A stretch of 64,000 nucleotides of DNA from Macrostomum lignano. Its lineage: Eukaryota. Shown one piece after another: positions 59,924 to 64,000 of this stretch. The position numbers and the translations under genes were made by a program. The notes beneath the pieces were generated by a model. It made no database searches, was not told the DNA's origin, and worked only from the letters and a program-made list of their open reading frames with translations. Location: the NCBI GenBank assembly GCA_002269645.1, contig NIVC01003561.1, positions 1 to 64,000 of the forward strand. The letters run 5' to 3'. Every line of letters begins with the position of its first letter. Position 1 is the first letter of the stretch.

Positions 59924-61243
59924 TCAGTCATTCTTATCGCTATCATCATCGTCCTCATCTTCGTCAGTGGCTTCATCGTCTTCCATCTCGCCGCGGCGCC
60001 GACTGCCGCCAGCGGGCTCAGGCTCAGTCTCCGAGGCCGCGGCTGAGGACAGTTCAGCGCCGGCGGCAGCACCAACAGGGCCGTCGCCGCCGCTGCCTTC
60101 AACCGTGGCCGCCGCGATTTCGCCGCTGGTGTTGGCACTGCCGCCGACAGATGAGGCAGCGGCGGCGGAGGCCGCGGTCTCGCCGCCGCCAATGCCGGCA
60201 GCGAAGACACAGTTGGTGTACACGCCAATCTCATGCTCAGCCTGGCAGTGGCGCAGCAGCTCCCAGCTGCTGAGAAACTGCTTGCCGCACTTGGCGCAGT
60301 CCAGCATCCTGGGTTCACCCTTCAGCTTGCACAGGCAGACAAACCGGCGTCGGCAGCCGTCCTGCTTGTGCGAACTGAGCCGGTCCAGGTTGTCGAAAAC
60401 GTCCTTGCAGTTGCCGCAGACCAAGTAGTCCCGGCCGCCGCTGATTCTATCGCGCGAGGCGCCAACTTGAGACAGCTTGCCGGAGTCGAAACCGCCGCTG
60501 TCGTCCTGACTGCCGAGCCGTCGGGGTCCCAGACGCTCCTTCACACTGAGGCCGCTGCTACCGCCACCGCCGCCGCCGCTGACAACGCTCGACGCCGACG
60601 AGCCGCTGCCGCCGCCGTGTCGGTCTCGCCGATTCTTGGGCTCAGACGCGATGTTCACGTCGATGGTCTGGCCGGCGTAGACGCGGCCGTCCTCGCGTTT
60701 GCAAGCGGACCGAGCTGCCGGCTCTTCGACAAACTGCACGAAAGCGAAGCCGTTATGGACGTTGACTTCCGTCAGGCTGCCGTATTTGCTGAATATTCGC
60801 TCCAGATCGGCTCGGCCCAGCTCGTTCGTGTTCAGATTGCCAATGAACACGCGACCCTTGGGATTCTGGCCGCTTCCACCTCCGCCGCCGCCGCCGCCGC
60901 CTCCGTGATGCTGGCGATGATTCTGGGGTCCATGCTGATGATGCAGCATTTGCGGAGGCTGCTGCTGTTGCTGCATCATGAACTGCATATCCATAGGGCC
61001 TGGGCCTTGCATTTGCATCTGGGGCGGCGGAGGCGGCGGCATCACGCCAGGCATGGGCGGCCCCGGCTGCGGGTAGGCCATAAACGGCTGCTGCTGCTGC
61101 TGCGGCGGCTGCTGGCCATAAGCCATCATTGGCATCTGGCCCGGATGCGTCATAGGCTGCTGCTGCACCATTGGCATGCTCTGCTGCATACTGCTAACTG
61201 GGGCCATTGGCATCATGCCAGGCATGTGCGGATTGACCTGCAT
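59924..61243 (-). CDS. Intronless 439-aa protein: Q/P/M-rich N-terminus, hnRNP C/RALY-type RRM, BCL11-like CCHC and C2H2 zinc fingers, acidic tail
   Basis: RRM at 60856-60635 (RVFIGNLNT...IFSKYG...VHNGFAFVQF...EDGRVYAGQTIDVNIASEPK). CCHC at 60430-60353 (DYLVCGNCKDVF...HKQDGC). C2H2 at 60316-60218 (EPRMLDCAKCGKQFLSSWELLRHCQAEH). Single open ATG-TGA frame with GC3-rich codons. Confidence 0.9.
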   Translation of the reverse strand: MQVNPHMPGMMPMAPVSSMQQSMPMVQQQPMTHPGQMPMMAYGQQPPQQQQQPFMAYPQPGPPMPGVMPPPPPPQMQMQGPGPMDMQFMMQQQQQPPQMLHHQHGPQNHRQHHGGGGGGGGGGSGQNPKGRVFIGNLNTNELGRADLERIFSKYGSLTEVNVHNGFAFVQFVEEPAARSACKREDGRVYAGQTIDVNIASEPKNRRDRHGGGSGSSASSVVSGGGGGGSSGLSVKERLGPRRLGSQDDSGGFDSGKLSQVGASRDRISGGRDYLVCGNCKDVFDNLDRLSSHKQDGCRRRFVCLCKLKGEPRMLDCAKCGKQFLSSWELLRHCQAEHEIGVYTNCVFAAGIGGGETAASAAAASSVGGSANTSGEIAAATVEGSGGDGPVGAAAGAELSSAAASETEPEPAGGSRRRGEMEDDEATDEDEDDDDSDKND

Positions 61244-61399
61244 TGTTTAATAACTTGTTTCTGCTGCCAACTTAGTTACAGATTGAATCAGGATTGAGTT
61301 GCACTAGGATCATGCATCAATAAGTTGTAAATAAGACGTGTTCGTCATTAAGACAGATTGTCTGATTAATGTCTAATTAATTAATATAAGCATGCTTGG

Positions 61400-61553
61400 G
61401 CGCAACCTAGGGATTCACCCGGCCGTTTCTATTGACAACACACACATTTAAGTCGCTATTGGACGGAATAGTAGTCACGTGACTGCTCTCAGCCAATAGC
61501 GACTTACGTGTGTGTTGCCAATAGAAACGGCCGAGTGATTCCCAAGGTTGCGC
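61400..61553. mobile_element. 154-bp near-perfect palindrome (MITE-like)
   Basis: Left arm GCGCAACCTAGGGATTCAC-CGGCCGTTTCTATTG-AACACACAC-TAAGTCGCTATTGG is mirrored on the right; centre AGTCACGTGACT. The 15-mer CCAATAGAAACGGCC also occurs at about 14080. Confidence 0.8.
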
Positions 61554-61600
61554 ATGTATGAATATAAGCCTTAAAATTGCATTTCAACAATAATATTTAA

Positions 61601-62600
61601 CCTCTATTTGACTGCAGTTTAGACACTTACACTTATATAACCATTCCCGACAGATAGGTCCAAAATAGTTTCCGAAGCTACGATCATGAATGCTGCTGCT
61701 ACCACCACCCTCCGTATAGTCTCACTTAAATTTAGTGTCTGTTTGCTAATGCTAATATACTTTATTTCTACTGATTGCTTTATACGAGCATCTTACTTCT
61801 GACAGCGACGACTAGTTATGGATCTAAACATCGGACTCTGAAAACAATTTGCTCACTGACAACGAGGATGGATCATTTATATTGTTATAAAAGGCCCAGT
61901 GAGTAGGATGGTGACAACGTCGAAAGCGCAAGCAGCTCAGATGAGGACATCGAAAAGGAGGAAGAGCACGTGTGGCACCAAGCTATCAAAGGGATGGACA
62001 CGACAAGCCACGGCTGCCCGAGAGTTCATGGGCTGGTACCACCACAAATCAGCGAATGGCAGTGAGTCAGCCTTTTTGCACCTAACCGACGAGCTATTTG
62101 AAAACATTGCCAGTTGGACGACCGAATGGGCTTGGAGTTTTGCTAAGGAAAGGTCAGTTGATGAGGTACCAAAGTTTGTGTCTACATGGAAGGATTACAG
62201 TGTTGACGAGATGAAAAAGCTGATTGGCATTGATGACTAGCCAGAGATCAGCTTGTACTGGGCAAAGGATCCTGTGTACCACTGCACATTTTTTGCTCAA
62301 CCGCATTCAATTTTGTGTAACTGTTTTAAAGCAGATTCTCTCCTGCTTCTACAGCAGCACTGGTCCACTCCTCAAAGCCATGTGGACAAAATCACTCCAT
62401 TCCTTGCTCTTGTGCAGCATGCCTGTTGGAACAATTACATACCAGATCAGTAACTATCAATTGACAAGACTCTGGTCATGTACAAAGGATGGGTACTGTT
62501 TAGACAGTACATTCCCTCCAAGAAAAGCAAGTTGAGTATCAAGCTGTACCAAGCTATACAGTCCACAGCACCTTGATCTTGTACAACTACCATGGCAGCA
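61601..62600 (+). mobile_element. Decayed piggyBac-family DNA transposon; possible left end TTAA|CCTCT at 61601, right end not identified
   Basis: Transposase remnants lie downstream; the TTAA target site preference fits piggyBac. Confidence 0.6.
62030..62560 (+). pseudogene. piggyBac (PGBD/DDE_Tnp_1_7-type) transposase pseudogene
   Basis: LTDELFENIASWT, WKDYSVDEMKKLIG, YWAKDPVY, and KITPFL...YIPDQ*LSIDKTLVMYKGWVLFRQYIPSKKSKLSIKL, which matches the family pattern LSIDESM..FKGR...KQYIP.KP.KYGIK. In-frame stops and frameshifts are present. Confidence 0.85.
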
Positions 62601-64000
62601 GCATGTCTTTTCTGCATTTCTTGTGCAAGGTGCTAGATATTCTAGTTGCAGAAACTGGTATTGCCAGATGCTGAGCTAATCCTCCAGCTGCAGCAGCAGT
62701 GCCAACTGGCTCAGGTGATGTGCCGCCTGCTGCTTCCCAACATTTGTCCACTAAGGCATCCAAGGAAGGGGCTCTGACCTGATCTTTGTTTGCATCATAT
62801 GTCTAAGGAGGCTAGCTCTGTGCCTTGGTGCATGCTTTAGTGCCAATTATACTTAAAACAATTGCTTGTATATTGGACATTTCTAATGTGTATATGTAAC
62901 TATCCCTACCTAGTTTATTAGTTTATATATTTCATTACTTTTGTTGCATTGCAGACTAACATAGTATCATACTATTATTGTCCAACTTATTTCATACACA
63001 TAATAACTCCATTCTTTTTCTTCATTAAATTCAATAAAAATATACATTTGTACTATTTAGCAACCATAGGAATTTTTCATTTAGAACAATCTCTTAGCAT
63101 ATGTTGCATAGTGGCTATAAATTGATTATAAACCATTTACTTTATATGTACTTCATTTTTCATTATGACAAAATATCCTAGCCTTATTAATGAGTTATAT
63201 AGTATACATCGATAAAAGAGAAGTTCTATATTATATACATATATATAGTTATATATAATAATCTATTCTCTAATAGACTTTCTATCTGAGATCTTGGCTT
63301 CTAGTTATTAGGAATAGCTATAGTAAGAGATAATAAATCTAGCTCATATAATAAAGATATATTTTATGCCATCTAGCTCAAATATAGACAGAGTGAAAAA
63401 ATACTATTTGTCTGCCTATGGTTAAATATGCATTTAAATAAATAGGCCCTTTAATAGGTAGATTAGACTTGAAGGCCTCATAACATATATATTAAAACAA
63501 ACATATGAAACTGCTGCTAACTTGGCTGATAAGGCCACTATAAATTGTGGTAGACTAGGGATAAATCACAAAAATGCCTATTCAAAAGAATAGACATATT
63601 ACTAGTTAGATTATAAGGCACTTAGCTATAATAAGACAGTCACAGTTATTCTTGCAATTTATCTAAAATTGGTCTATTTTTTGCATTGAGGGTTTCTTTC
63701 CTAGACAAATTTCATGGCTAGTATAAATCAAGGGGATTGTGCATATGTATATATAAAAACAATTAATATGCTTTTAATTTTGTCCTAACTAAAGACTATT
63801 AGTCCTATTACAACCAAAATTCTTCTATATCTATACCAATAAACATCAATTTCTTATATAATTTTTTATATCTATATGTTTATCTACAGCTAATTATTTT
63901 GTAGCTTCTTAGGCCTATAATAAATCCAATGAATCTAATGAATTTAATTTAAAGTTAAATATAATAGAAACATTTTTTTCTTATTTACCATGCTATAAAT

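Noticed and set aside
60233-61297. 354-aa ORF on the + strand
   Set aside because: Antisense shadow of the GC3-rich RRM gene with no domain signal. The same applies to 29360-30064 and similar overlaps.
61899-62240. 113-aa ORF as a functional host gene or active transposase
   Set aside because: It is a fragment of the stop- and frameshift-ridden piggyBac transposase.

Overview
Animal genomic DNA with GT-AG introns, read entirely by eye. The composition (GC-rich exons with poly-Q/A tracts, introns packed with minisatellites) resembles the flatworm Macrostomum; this is an inference. Five protein-coding loci were reconstructed exon by exon with phase-consistent splice sites. (1) An ARHGAP18/28/40 (Conundrum)-type RhoGAP (-, 4676-7151) with a 1-nt frameshift inside the GAP domain. 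(2) An ATP10-class P4-ATPase lipid flippase (+, 9021-22858, 11 exons plus a probable 48-nt exon). (3) An orphan Q/A/S-rich gene with a PP1-docking-like motif (-, 25337-30324). (4) A 19-exon plexin (-, 34151-58020, about 2208 aa). (5) An intronless gene that appears to fuse an hnRNP C/RALY-type RRM to BCL11-type CCHC and C2H2 zinc fingers (-, 59924-61243). Mobile DNA includes two solo LTRs with 4-bp TSDs, a Mutator/Foldback-like element with a 9-bp TSD, tRNA-derived SINEs, a palindromic MITE-like element and a decayed piggyBac with near-total CpG loss. Seventeen of the 18 plexin coding introns carry a tandem array, mostly unrelated to each other. Some arrays appear to be seeded from the neighbouring splice site or stop codon, and two carry an AP-1 site in nearly every unit. 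There is no CRISPR array, rRNA or intact tRNA. Most long ORFs in the supplied track are repeat artefacts.
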